From assembly GCF_036321535.1 (NCBI RefSeq), contig NC_087444.1, positions 68,386,001-68,450,000 of the forward strand: a stretch of 64,000 nucleotides of DNA, written 5' to 3'. Below, one piece after another: positions 33,801 to 46,751 of the stretch. Every line of letters starts with the position of its first letter. Positions within the stretch are counted from its first letter, which is position 1. The notes below the pieces were generated by a model, which had not been told where the DNA came from, did not search any database, and saw only the letters and a program-made list of their open reading frames with translations. This DNA is from Camelus dromedarius (lineage: Eukaryota). Both the position numbers and the translations under genes were made by a program.

Positions 33801-35004
33801 CCGTGACCTTCCGTGTCCTCTTGTGTGAAGTGGAGACAATACACACAAAAGCTAGTTACCTCTTCTAGTGTTGAGGCTTGTAAGGAACATTTCCTTTCTT
33901 TTTATTTTATTGTATTATGATTTTTAGAGGTTACAGAGATCAGAAGAGAAGAAATAAAATTATATGCAGATGATATAATTGTCTACATAGAACAATGCCC
34001 ACAGTAGAACTTAATGACTTTTTGGTGACAAATCTCTCCCAGCCAATCTCTACCCTGACAATAGTCATCCCAGGTTTAGAACCACGGGAGGGTTGAGTGA
34101 ATTAACCACAAACACAAGTTTGACCCACATCCCTAAGAATCTTCACAGATACAGACCCTAGGTCCATGATAGAGCCATTGTCCCACTGATTTGATCCAGC
34201 CAAAGCCTCCTTTGGATATCTTATTACTTGGTGTAATGATTGCTTGTGGTGTTTAAGTCACTTACAATGAAATATTCCATTGCTTATAGCTGAAAACATC
34301 CTTAATGAGCCTTTCACTCCTCATTCATTCTTTCTTTCATATTCTTTCCCTCTCCTTCTCTTCCCTCTCCCCATGGCCATCCACACACACTCAGAGGGCC
34401 ACAGTCACGTACAGGCTGCATGGTCCATGGCAGGTGCTGCATGAATGACATTGTTTTCCGGGATGAAAGAGGTGCATCCCTAGTGTCCCAGCAAGAGTGA
34501 ACCAGCATCTTCAGGGAAGTCAGAGGTGGCTCCCTCCATGGGCCTGGGCTGGTTGGGGCGGGGTAAGTTTTTACAAACTGGTCTCCCTGATAACGATGGT
34601 GGTGGTAAGATCCCTAAATCATAGAAGCAAGGTGGTGACACAAACTTCAGAAGCAAGCTGGACACAGTCATTGCAATGAGGGGCAAGGCTGGATCAGCAG
34701 CCAGTGGACCCGACGCCCACAGAGCGATGGAAATGGTTAGTAAAACACAAGTCTCCAAGAGGCAAGATATATAGCAGTCAAGAAGAACATGTCTTCATTT
34801 ACGTAATCAAAAGAAATTGAGGGTGAATGCTCTGGAGGCTAAGGGCAGACACTCTCATAGAAAATCATGGTCCCTTACCCGGTTTCCAGATCAGAGTCAA
34901 TTTTCAAATCCCAGACTTCAGGGGAGGCCAGGTCCCTATGAGGACGGAGCTGTAATGCCGCTGCCAGTGTGTTATTAGCGATTTCCCACATCCTTTCCCA
35001 GTGA

Positions 35005-35870
35005 CCCAGGGCGAGCTGGAGCTGGCTTGCACCGACTTGCCTTAACTGAGTGTTCAATTTGCAGGAATTTTGTAAGTTGACTGTTAAATAAAGCCATTAC
35101 AATTTAAAATTATATAAACTTACAATTAAAAATTATATTAAAGCAAAAGTCAAATACTCATCAATCACTTCCTGATCGTTTTACCCCTTTTTACTATTAT
35201 CTATGCTCTGGAGATTATTTCTGAGTTGAGTTGTATCCACCCAAAAAGATTTCGTGAAGTCCTAACCCCCAGGACTGAAGATGTGACCTTATTTGGAAAC
35301 AGGATCATTGCAGATGGAATTACTTAAGATGAGGTCATTAAGGCGGCCCTAATCCAGTATCACTGGGGTCCTTATAGAGAGAAGACCCACAGCGGGAGAG
35401 ACACAGAAGGAGAAGCCAGTGGAGTGACAAGTGAGGGAGAGGCTGGAGTGATGCATTCATGAAATACCAAGGACCCCTGGCAAACACGGGAAACTGGNNN
35501 NNNNNNNNNNNNNNNNNNNNNNNNNNNNNNNNNNNNNNNNNNNNNNNNNNNNNNNNNNNNNNNNNNNNNNNNNNNNNNNNNNNNNNNNNNNNNNNNNNNN
35601 NNNNNNNNNNNNNNNNNNNNNNNNNNNNNTGAAGTACTTTGTTATGACAGCCCCATGAAAGTAAAACATTGTGTATTACATCTATATAGAAATACTATGT
35701 AATGTTCTGCTACGCATCTCTTCCAAACTCCGTGCTCAGTGACATCATGTTGGCAGCTTGATATCAGCCATGGTGGTTGTGTTAGCACCACAGAAATTTT
35801 CAAATGCTACAAATTAGAGCTTTTCTCCTCAGAGAGCCTGTTGTAGAACATTTAATGGGCAGACTGGTGC
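35005..35870 (+). mobile_element. MER63-like hAT DNA transposon split by an MLT1 LTR (~35221-35668, containing the N gap 35498-35629)
   Basis: Recalled MER63 motifs (gcaggaattttgtaagttgactgttaaa...aaattatataaacttacaatt ... catctcttccaaactccgtgctcagtgacatc) flank an MLT1-type LTR. Confidence 0.6.
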
Positions 35871-36759
35871 CAGTGGCAATTTCCTTGGTAACAGCACACT
35901 GGCAAAAGGAGAAAACTCGGACCTTTGGTAACTGTTGGACACAGGATCTGAATTAATGTTGATGCTGAGGACACAGAGAGCCATTCTCGCCCTTCGGTTA
36001 GAGGCAGTGGGGGAGTGGGGGGAGGGGGACAACATTATGGAGGCAGATAATGAATGGAGTCCTGACTCAGCTCTGGCCCATGAACTGGCCCCTTCCCATC
36101 CTGGCCATCATAATTTTTTTTTAAATCATCACATCCCAGGGGTGATGGCAGAGATTAGTGCCATTCACAAAGACATGAAGGATGCCAGAGTGGTTGTTTG
36201 TATCATATTCTCATTTAATTCACCCATCTGACCCTTTCAAAAACCATCTGGATCCTGGTAGATGATGGTAGATGTGTGAACTTAACCAAGTAATAGCCTA
36301 AATTGCAGCTGCTCTGCTGGACAGGGTATGTCTTCCAGAGAGGATTAACACAGCCTTGATATGTGAGATGCAGCCCTCGATCAGGCGAATGCAGTATTTC
36401 CATTCCCACCAGAAAGGAGGTTCAGAAGCAGCCCACAGTTACTTAGGATGGCCAAGATGCATGTTTAGAATAGGTACAGAGACAACTAGCTGGAGTCTCT
36501 GCCACTCCTGCTTTGTTGAAAATTGTGTGATTGTGTGATGGCTGGAGCTGAAGCAGCCATCTTACGCTCTTACAAGGAGAGAATACTGATACATTGAGAA
36601 TGGAGGAGCAGCCAGAGGGAAAGAGCCTAGATTCTCTATGACATCACGCTGTCTAAACCAGCACTATTCAATATAAATATTATGTGAACCACATATATAG
36701 TTTTTACATTTCTGGTAGCCACCTTTTAAAAGTTTTAAAAATATACGAAATTAATTTTA

Positions 36760-37325
36760 AATACAAGCACACTTCATTTTATTGTGCCTTAGTGCACATC
36801 ACAGATATCACTTATTATGCAAATTGAAGGGTTGTGTCAACCCTGTCTTGAGTAGGTCTCACCAGTGTCATTTTTTCAACGGCAATCACTCACTTTATGT
36901 CTCTGGGTCATAATCTGGTGATTCTTGCAATATTTCAAACTGTCTACCAGCAAAAAGATAATGACTTGCTGAAGGCTCTGATGATGGTTAGTATTTTTTA
37001 ACAATAACCTATTTTGGGGGGCTGGGTGTATAGCTCAGTGGGAGAGTGCATGCTTGGCATGCACGACGTCCTGGGTTCCATCCCCAGTGCCTCCCTTAAG
37101 GGGAAAAAAAAACAATAATTGATTTATTTTTATTTTTAATAATAACCTATTTTTTAATTAAGTTATGTACTTTTTAAAATATAATGCTATTTCACACTTA
37201 ATAGACTGTGGTAGAGTGTTAACGTAACTTAGACATGCACTGAGAAACCAAAAAATTGTGTGACTCAATTTGTTGATACTCCAGTTATTATGGTGGTCTG
37301 GAAACAAACTCCCAGTATCTCTAAG
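36760..37325 (-). mobile_element. Tigger1-derived DNA transposon fragment interrupted by a Vic-1-like SINE
   Basis: The right end is the reverse complement of the recalled Tigger1 5' end (gagatactgggagtttgtttccagaccaccataat...gagtcacacaattttttggtttctcagtgcat). Confidence 0.6.
37016..37140 (+). mobile_element. Vic-1-like SINE with target-site duplication
   Basis: gtgtatagctcagtgggagagtgcatgcttggcatgcacgacgtcctgggttccatccccagt; TSD aataacctatttt at 37003-37015 and 37141-37153. Confidence 0.85.
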
Positions 37326-38246
37326 CTTTATTTTACATAATAGATCCAAATATCATTTTGACTTACAATCAATATACAAATTATTAATGCAATTTTACTT
37401 TTTTACAGAAAATAAAAATTCTATACATACAAACATCTATTCTCAAGCTCTGTCTACTGAGAGGGTAGAGGCAATGAGATCCTTGCAGCAATCAGCCCAC
37501 CTAGCACCCAAATCTTGGTTTCTAAATACTGTTCTCCACTAAAAAGAATCACAGCTCTATGGAGAAATAGCTGGTTACAGAGAAGGGACAGGAAAATTAC
37601 AAAATGAGCCTGGAAATCTGATTCCAGAAGGTGAAGAAGTACCCAAAAATGAGGGAAATACATCAAAAGGACATGAGCTCTCTGGAAAGGGTTCTCACTG
37701 GCCTCATCTGGGACAAACTGAGCATCACAGTAAATGATAGTAAAGAATTACAATCCATTGAAAAAAAAAGAATTCATGAGTCCATATTGATATAAATCCA
37801 TTGGTAAGTACACATGAGGGAGGGGAGGAAACCTCCTCTTAAGAGTAGAATGTCTGCTAAGGAATGTAGAAAGATGGATGAAGGTAGAGGCTCACTACGG
37901 GGTGGCTGTCATAATGTTCCAGGAAGGCAAAGCCATCAATAGATGCTAAAAAGACTGGGTCAGAGTTTGAGAAGTCACAGGAATTAACATGGTTGCAAAG
38001 ACTCTCCACATCCTTGTTTATTACAAAGAGAAAACTAGAAACTGCACAGTGGAGAAACTTGGCAGGCACCATCTGAAAAAATAAAATAAGAAAAATTAAA
38101 AGGCATTAAATTCTGGAGGATATTTTATACTTAGAGCACAGCTTGGCTCCCACTAGTTACATTTCACCTGCAAAATAGCTACGTGTGATCTGGGGACCCT
38201 ACTGGACAGTTCAGCTAAAATAGACCCCGCTGTTTCAGAATTCTTA

Positions 38247-38380
38247 TTTTTTACTTTCTTGTGGGGGGAGGTAATCAGATTTGTTTGTTTGCTTGTTTAT
38301 TTTAATAGAGTGATGGGAGATTGAACCCAGGACCTCATGCATGCTAGGCACCCACTCTACCACTGAGCTATACTCTCCCT
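38247..38380 (-). mobile_element. Vic-1-like SINE
   Basis: Reverse strand: gagtatagctcagtggtagagtgggtgcctagcatgcatgaggtcctgggttcaatctccc plus tail aaatctgattacctcccccc. Confidence 0.85.
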
Positions 38381-39310
38381 CCTCAAGACTTCTGTACAAT
38401 AATAAATGTTCTCATTATTAAGGCATTTTTACTTACTATTACTTTACTTGTAACAGAATGCACTCTAGTGACACCATCACACACGTACTGTGCTTGGCTG
38501 AATAATAACCCAACAAAGATACCCACACCATCCCTAGAAGTTATAAATATCTTGTACACACCAAAGGGACAGTGCTGTTGTAATTAAGGTTTATTGACTT
38601 TAAAATAGAGGCATTAACCTGGGTTGCTTGAGAAGGCCCAATCTGAACACATGAGTTCTTAAAAGTACAGAACTTTCTCAAGCTGAGGGCAGAAATGTGA
38701 CAGAAGAAGACGTGGGAGGGATTCCAGGCATGAAGAGGACTTGACCCACCATCGCGGGCTCTGAGGTAGAAGGTCCACTTACTGGGACCAGAAAGAGGTA
38801 GCCAAGAGCTAAGGACAGGTCTTCACAGCCAGCAAGGAAATGGGACAAGGCGCCTGACAACCGCAAGGAGCAGAATTCGGCCAAAAACTTAGATGGGTTT
38901 ACAAAGCCTCCAAAACAACCCAGTTGGCCACAGTATGACTCAGCATTGTGAGACCCACAGCAGGGGAACCAGGCGAGCTCACCCGATCACTGCCCTGTGG
39001 AAACGTGAGAGAAGGAATTCAACTTGTGTTGAGATGCTCAGTTTGGGACAATTTGTTAGGGCAGCAAAAGTAGACCAATCCTCACACACGCAGTCGCAGA
39101 CCACAAAGAGCATCTTTTCCTCATTGTTTATTTGCAAAATTTTTACAAAAGGTAGAAAAATAAACATTTTATTGGGTCTGAGTTTGAGAATTCATACACA
39201 TAAATACAAAAATAGTGACTTGCAGGCAATAAATTAAGAAAATGGTTCTGATGCATCAATACACAAATAACATGTAAGATGCTGGAACAGGTTGCAGGTA
39301 GATCTCAGGC

Positions 39311-40748
39311 TCAGACACACAGGTGTCCGCTGGCGACACATTTCAGGTCCCGGGTGAGGAGGCGGAAGAGGTTGAACATGACAGAGGCCTCGAGGCAGTC
39401 CTGGGACTCCTGTGGGAGGGGAAATGGCTCAGTGGTCCCCGTGCCTGGGCGCCCAGCTGCTCCCAGACATCAGTTTCCCCACCGCGGTCACTCACCTTCT
39501 TCGGGGCCTCCTGGAGCCGGTGCAGCCAGTGGTGGAGGCGGTCCCGGGGCCTGGGGCCTGCTGTGGGCTGAGCTGGGACCTGTGGGCAGAGGAGGGGGGT
39601 GTGAGGGGGTGAGGAAGGGCCTGGGACAGAGAGGGACATTCAGGAGGTCAGAGCCCAGACACGCTGCGGGTGGCCCGAGCACTCACACAAGCCTGGAGCT
39701 GGGAGTGGATGTGGCCCAGGGTGTGCAGGGGCTGGTCCAGGGTGCTGCCCAGGGATGAGTTAGCCATGGTCCCCAGGACGGCCAGGGTCAGGGCCACCTC
39801 AGCCTTCAAGGCCACGGGACGCTCCCACACCTGAGGCGGGGAGACAGGGGCAGGGGAGAGCTGCATGTGAGAGAGGACAAGGGAGGAGGGGCAGGTGGGG
39901 AGGACACAGGCAGGGACAGTTGAAGGGGAAGGTCAGGGTCAGGGGAGAGGCACAGCCGATGTGGTCAGCGGAGGGGAAGGGGTCGGGGACAGGTGGGCAG
40001 GGCGGAGAGAGGAGGAGGCGGGAGGAGGAGGAGGGGAGGGGCCGCCTGCAGAGCCAGGTGATCTGGGCCAGGTGAGGGCAGGTGGGCCTGACTCTCCGGA
40101 CTCACCTGCAGCTGCCTCAGGTCCCGGGTCCTGGGGAAGATGCGCGAGCTGCAGTTCCAGTCCTTCTGCAAGAGTGACTCTTCCTAGGGAGCAAGAGCAA
40201 GGTCAGCCCACAGCACGACCGAGGGGAGACCCCGGTGAGACTGGAGGGAGGCCGACCTCAGGAGGAGGGGAGGTGAAGGTCCAAAGGACGGCAGAGGCAC
40301 GACCACCACAGGAGGACAGGGCTCAGCCCTCTGCGGGGAGGGCGAGGGGCCGGTGAAGGGAGAGCAGGTCCCCCTTGAGCAGAGGAAGCCCGGGCACCCA
40401 CAGCGCGGGGGTGGAGGGGAGCCCACAGCAGGCGGGGCTGGGGGACACTCACAAAGGCGTCCTTGGCTCTCTTGAAGGCCTGCAGCTCTTGTGGGGACAG
40501 AGACTTGAACTGGGCCAGGTGGCAGCCCCTTGTGCCCGGGAGGGCCCTGAGGGGTGAGGGGACAGGAACTGCTCCTGTCCTGGTCAGCGCTGCGGTCATC
40601 AGCAACAGCCCCAGCAGGCAGCCCGAGGTCATGCCTGTGTTGTGGAAGGAGAGGAACGTGAGGGGACGTAGGTCACTGGGGACTGAGGGGAGGGCGTTTT
40701 GTGGGGCTCAGGTCCCGGGCAATGATGTCGGAGCTCACCCAGCTTCAT
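39311..40748 (-). CDS. IFNL3: Interferon lambda-3-like (IL-28B-like), left-arm copy
   Basis: Micro-exon 40748-40739 (MKL G), then exons 40634-40453, 40183-40106, 39830-39687, 39579-39496, 39409-39311. MTSGCLLG...GCHLAQFKSLSPQELQAFK...CLEASVMFNLFRLLTRDLKCVASGHLCV*; 194 aa from the ATG at 40632. Confidence 0.95.
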
Positions 40749-40967
40749 TCCTGGTCTCTGGTCTCTGGTCTCTGTCAGCAGGTGGGGGATCAAGTGTCCA
40801 CTCCGAGGCTGTCGCCTGAGATCTCTCAGTCTTGTTTGACGTCTCTGACCCCAGTCTTCTCTTCTGGACCTCAGCCCGCTGCTCTGTCCGAGTGTCTGAA
40901 CTTCCAGCTCCGTCTGAGGTCTAATTCCTGCCTGAGCTCCATGGTGCCGCTTTTAGCCTGTGCAGCT

Positions 40968-41103
40968 GGGCAATCCCAGCTGATGTAGGAAAAGTGAAAA
41001 CACAGCTAGAGGGTGACACCGGCCACCAGGGAGGCCCAGGCAGGAAAGCCCAGAGCAGGGCGGGGCCTGGGAGCCAGGTGAGCAGCTGAGTGAAAGAGAA
41101 ACT
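40968..41103 (-). promoter_or_regulatory. IFNL3 promoter module (left copy): ISRE, IRF-E/PRDI, NF-kB
   Basis: On the + strand: GAAAGAGAAACT 41092-41103, GGAAAAGTGAAA 40988-40999, GGGCAATCCC 40968-40977. Confidence 0.8.
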
Positions 41104-43555
41104 GACATCCATTAGGGCTCACCTCCAAGAAAGTGCGTTCTGAAGACAAAATCCAGGCTGGGGCAGCTGCAGCCCCACATGGGGGTGCCTTGTGCAGTGG
41201 CCAGGCTAGATCTAGGACTGGAGTGGGGAGGGGACAGAGGGATTCCTTTCTGCAGGATGCCCCAGTGCAGGGAGTGGAGGGAAAGAGCACGCCTAGAAGG
41301 AGTTGCCGGGAAGAACCTGGACCTTCCAAGTGGGAGGCTGTTTAGGTGATGGGAGAAGATCTGGGGGTGCTGCTGGGGGTGGGGAGAGAGAGTCAGAAGG
41401 CAAAACACACCCATTAAGAGAGAAGACCAGCTCCTCCCCACCTTTTGCAACCTGGTACAGACAAAGATGGAATGGGGGAGGAGGGGAGCCCGCACTAACA
41501 TCTCTAATTGTCCAGGCATAGAAGGACCCAGGAACAGGAGGCTCTGCTCTGGAATTGCGGGCCGACCAAGCCTTCAAGGGAACCAGCTTGGTTTGTGACA
41601 AACACCTTCATTCGTTCACCAAATATTTATTCAGCCACCACTTTGGGTCAGACCCTGTTCAAGGTGCCAGGGCAAGAGCACTGAAAAAAGAAAAAGACAT
41701 ACCACAATCCTTCATGGAGCTTTTTACTAGAGAGGAGGAACACACAGTGGAGGTCGGGGAGTTAGGCTTGTGGTGTGTATTGTGTCAGAGAACGTCAGAT
41801 AACAGAAAATGAAAAAATGAAACAGGGATGAGAGCAGAGTGCGGGAGGAAGTTTGCATTAAATGAGGTGTCTGAGAAATGACATTTAGGGAAAGACCTAA
41901 AGGAAGTGAGGGAGGGAGCTCTGTGAAGATCCGAGGGGGAGCATTCTGCGAAAAGGGAACAGTCAGTGCAAAAGGAAAACAGACACCACCGCCACCCCCA
42001 CTTTTGGTGTATGTCTCACCCTGTCACAGAGGCTTGGCCACAACGTGGTTAAATACCCACAATAGCACCAAGGACTTACTGTGCTTTGCCTACATGTCAA
42101 ATACAGATGGAAGTTTAGAGACTCAGAGAGGTTAAGAGACTTGTTCAAGGTCACACAGCAAATAACTAGTGAGGGCAGGATTTTAACTGAGTTTTGCCTG
42201 GCATCAGGCAATAACCACTGCACCCTCCAGCCTGACTGTAGCGAGACCTCCTGGACCTGGAAGTGATGGATTTCTTGGACAGAAGTTGCTGAGTCCTTTT
42301 TGACTGTTACTCCCACCCTCTCTTTCCCTCATTTTAATTCCAGGGAGAGGGTAGACTGAAATCCATGTTGGGGAATATCTTTGAGGTCTGATACGCAAAA
42401 ATGTTTTAAAATCAATAGCAGGGATGTGCAAGTCACTCCTGGTGTTCTGGTCAGTTTCTGTCACTTGGAGGAGGCCTTACCTCAGGGGAGGAGACAATGA
42501 AACAAGAATGAATTTTGAAAATTAACTTATTATCTCAAAATCCCTAGACATCATAATGTCTTTCTTAGAAAGAAAGCTCAGGGAGTGGTTAGGAACATGT
42601 GATCGAGAGCTGAAGACTTGGGGGCTCCTCACTAGCTGTGTGATCTTGGGAAACAGGCTTTGCAGTTGGCCACAAAGATTACCCATCCTGCCCAGATCTC
42701 GATGAATGTAAAAAGTACAATTGTTTGCACTTTTATGTGTGTGATTATTTCATGGAGACCATTTATTAAGATCATTCTGTGACTTCAGCTGGAAGCTTCA
42801 CGAGCACTATTTCAATGTGTATTACTCATGGCAAGGGACGTGTAATAATATCATGGCATAGAAGACTAAACGGAGGCTGGGTACACAATTAAGTGTCAGG
42901 GGCAGAACTGAAACTCAGGTCACCTGATTTCCCTCTCAGCATTTTGTGCTGTACAGTCACCCTCAAAATGATCACAGAGAAACAACCAATGCAAATGCAA
43001 TAATATTTAATAACTGGCGATAAATTAACCCAAGAAGACAAAAGAGCAAATATACATAGGAACTTCATAAATACAAAACACACAAAAGTAACGGAATTCA
43101 AAAAACTACTTAACAGAAGGACTCTTGCCCAGTCCCTCATGGAATGAGGTCTCCCCAGCAGAGAGATCCAACAGTCCCATATTCATGGAATGTCAAAGCG
43201 GGCACTGAAGGTTCAAAGCAGGCGTTGGAACCTGTCAAGGGACAGGGAGGTTTCTGTAACCACAGAAGTAGAAACTGGTCCATGGTACGTGGTGGTCAAC
43301 GACCAAGGTCGACACGGAATCCAGTCTTTTCCTGCCAGCCCGGGGCCCTGGAAGATCTTAGGGCGACACTTCCCACGGAAATAGAGCGGCTTCCAGGGGG
43401 AACTGGTTCTGGCCCTGGGAAAAGGGCGCCTCTGGCACCAGCGCAGGCGGGTGGAGGCTGAGAGACCCGCCGGGTCCAATGGGGCAGCGGAGGAGGGCGG
43501 CGCCCGCAGCCAGGCGACCTCGCAGCTTCGGGTCCCAGGCGGGGCCGCGGCGGGA

Positions 43556-44891
43556 TCACAGACAAGGTCCCGAGTTTGCCACCAGCCGCAGGTCCCACGC
43601 GAGCAGGCGCAGGAAGTTGAAGATGACTCTGGCTTCATGACACCGAGGCGACTCCTGGAACCCGGGAAGGAGGCAGAGCCGGGCTGAGTCAGGGCCCCCC
43701 CCCTGCACTCCGTCACCGCTCCAAGGCGCGCGCCCGGCCCGTCTCAGCCTCACACCGTCCTCCCTGCGGTCTAACCGCTTGACCGCCCGCTCCACTCACA
43801 GCTCTGCGAGTTTTGTGACGCCTCCTGGGCGGCCGCGGGGACTTCCTCCAGGAGCCTGGCCGGACCAGCTGGAGCTGGAGGGGAACCGCACGTAACTTGA
43901 AGACGGCGAAGAACGGAGCCTCCCTCCCAGGTGGCTCCGCCCCTCACCCTCCCAGCCGCAGACCCAAGCCCGGATTAGGGGACACCGAGCGAGCTGGGAG
44001 GGGTGCGGGGCCAGGGCGGGACCGGCACTCACGCAGGCCGCCACGTCCCGCCCCGCGGCCGTCAGCAGCTCCAGGGTCGGGCCGACGCCGGGGAACAGCT
44101 CCGGGCTCGGCAGGCTGCTCAGCACGGCCTGGGCGTCGGCGAGGCCGCGGGCCACCAGGCGGAGTCGGGCGCAGGACTGCGGGGACCGAGCGGCAGTTAG
44201 ATGGGGCCGCGCTCGGGGCCCAAGTCCCCAAGCCCCTGCCGGCCGCGGGCCTCACCGACGGCGGCGGAGGGTTCCTCCTCGGGTGGAACGAGCAGTTGCG
44301 CGGCCTCCAGCTCAGCGTCTCTTCCTCCTGCGGGACAAGGGCCGGGATGATGCTGGGGATCCTCGCGGATTCCTGCACGTGGATCGGAACTGGCCCTCAA
44401 GGTTGTGCTCATCGTGTCCTGACCAGAGAGCTCTCTGAAGGCGCGAGGCAGGCCTGAAATGCACCTGCGCTCCAGGTGCGGATCCTGCGCCGGGACGTGG
44501 AGCCGAGTCCACCTGAAGGGGGCGCCCCTCTGTGACAGCCACTAAGGCCCGGTATGAGCTGACCACCAGGGCGGCTGGAAAGATGTGATCTGAATTCTGG
44601 ACCCCGAGATCCAGGATGCGCCTGCTGGACGCTAGGACAAGAGGGCCCCTCGGGACAAAGGTTGTCGTCTCGGGACCCGGGGGCCCAGGGTCCGGGGGAC
44701 AGAGGCGTGTGGGCATCACTCACATAGCGGTTCCTCAGGGCCTTGGCTGCCTCCAGTGCCCGGGGATCCAGGGAGCGGTATTGGGAGAGGAGGCAGCGCC
44801 CGGGAGCCTCCACACCGGGGTCCACCGCCACGCCCGCTGTCACCAAGACCCACAGCCCCATGGCCACCGCGGCTGCGCCACTCGGCCCCAT
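43556..44891 (-). CDS. IFNL4: Interferon lambda-4, left-arm copy, intact 5-exon ORF, 185 aa
   Basis: Exons 44891-44724, 44327-44256, 44176-44033, 43874-43800, 43654-43556; all phase 0, GT-AG; same protein as the right copy. Confidence 0.95.
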
Positions 44892-46366
44892 CTCTGCTCC
44901 TGCAAGAGGCGACAGACGTCAGGGAGCCCAAGGAGAAAGCCCCCAAGTCCAAGCCCCTGCCTCTGGTCAGACTCGCAGAGGGATTGACGCTCAGAGGGCG
45001 GGCACTGAGCCCTCTCAGGGGGAGAGACAGGATGGGCCCGGACACCTACTCCTACCTTCAGCCTCTCTCCCCTCACTCCTCACCTACCATGTGTCTTCGG
45101 TGCCACTTGCTGCAGCAGGGCCTGCCTTCCAGTGTCCCCTGGGTGGTGTCCCGGGTGGTGTCCAGATTGTTGTCCACCTGGGACAGTGGTACCTGCACCC
45201 TCCATGGTGGCTCTTAAGTGAGGGGCTGAGAATGATGAGCAGCCGGGCTTCCCCATGCAGGTTGTTTCCCAACGTCATTGCTGGCCATTGATCGGCCTGG
45301 AGAGTTGCAGGCATGGTGTGAGGACTTTACCCGCTCGTGGGACAGTGCCAGCAATGACTCTACCCAAACTCTTCTGCCACCAGTTATTGTTTCTGTCCCT
45401 TTCTGTATCCTCTTGCTTTCTTTTCGTCACCCTCGGTTTCCTTATCTCTGTTGTATAATAATAACCAGCCCTTATACAGTGTTACTGTTACTAGGCCTTG
45501 TTCTAAGTAATTGATATGCACATGTCTCATTTAATGCTCAAAAAATAACACTGCCAGAATTTTTCTACCTCCAATTCATGGGTGGGAAAACTGAGCCACA
45601 GTAAAGGGAAGGAACTTTTCCAAGATACAAAGTAACTGGCAGAGGCAGGATTTGAATATATACTCAGTCCAGCCTCAAAGCTTGGTCTAACCCATTAACT
45701 CCCCCTATATATCTAATTCAATGCCTCCTTCTCTCTCTTCACTGTCTGTCTGTGTTTCATTCCATTTCTCTTTCATCCCTCTCTTTATGCCTCCCTTTTC
45801 TCTCTGTTGCTCAGTTCCTGGTTTTGTCTCTGTCCATGTCTAATTCCATCTTTCTTTTTCTAGCAAGCATTCAGGCCAGGGTCTTTCTGTCTGTCTCTGT
45901 CTCAAGCAGTCTCTTTGTTTTGAATGAAAAATGAAATCTACCACTTATCTTGATAAAATTAGCAATGCAGGATCATTGGTTAAAGCTTGAAAAATATAGA
46001 CATAATATAAGGGAGGAAAAAACCCACCCATAACTTCACCACCCACCTCTCTCCCCTCACCCCAGCTCTGGAACAATTTTTCCCATGTGTAGAAATGTTA
46101 AACATATTTATTTGTGCATATGTTTTCTGATTATCAAAGTAACACATTCATTATAAAGATACAGTCAATACAAAAACATACAACTTGGAGAGTTAAAGTC
46201 TTGAATCCCACTTCCTGGACGTAATCTTTTTAGTCATCAGTTACTATTCCTCTTTTTTTTTTTTTTCTCTCTCTCTCTCTCTCTTTCGATGAACAATTTC
46301 TCTCAAATTGAAACCAGGCTGTATAAAGTTTAGCAGCTTGCTTTTCGTGTCTTACCATTATCTCTT

Positions 46367-46751
46367 TTTTTTTCTTTTTCTTTTTTAACATTTTTTATTG
46401 ATTTATAATCATTTTACAATGTTGTGTCAAAGTCCAGTGTAGAGCACAATTTTTCAGTTATACATGAACATATATATATTCATTGTCACATTTTTTTCTC
46501 TGTGAGCTACCATAAGATCTTGTGTATATTTCCCTGTGCTATACAGTATAATCTTGTTTATCTATTCTACAATTTTGAAATCCCATCTATCCTTTCCCAC
46601 CCTCCGCCCCCTTGGCAACCACAAGTTTGTATTCTATGTCTGTGAGTCTATTTCTGTTTTGTATTTATGCTTTGTTTTTTTTGTTTTTGTTTTTGTTTTT
46701 GTTTTTTAGATTCCACATATGAGCGATCTCATATGGTATTTTTCTTTCTCT
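46367..46751 (-). mobile_element. Young 5'-truncated L1 3' end with a 15-bp TSD
   Basis: T-rich tail at the left and L1 3'UTR-like body (tagattccacatatgagcgatctcatatggtatt); TSD ttaccattatctctt at 46352-46366 and 46752-46766. Confidence 0.85.

Larger units (their letters stand above)
38934..45278 (-). repeat. Left arm of a 6.34-kb near-perfect inverted duplication
   Basis: Reverse complement of 52208-58551. Mirrored ORFs in the track translate identically, with coordinate sums of 97485/97486. Confidence 0.97.

Noticed and set aside
31155-38380. tRNA-like sequences with A/B boxes
   Set aside because: They have A-rich tails, a TSD (one copy) and degenerate stems, so they are SINEs, not tRNA genes.
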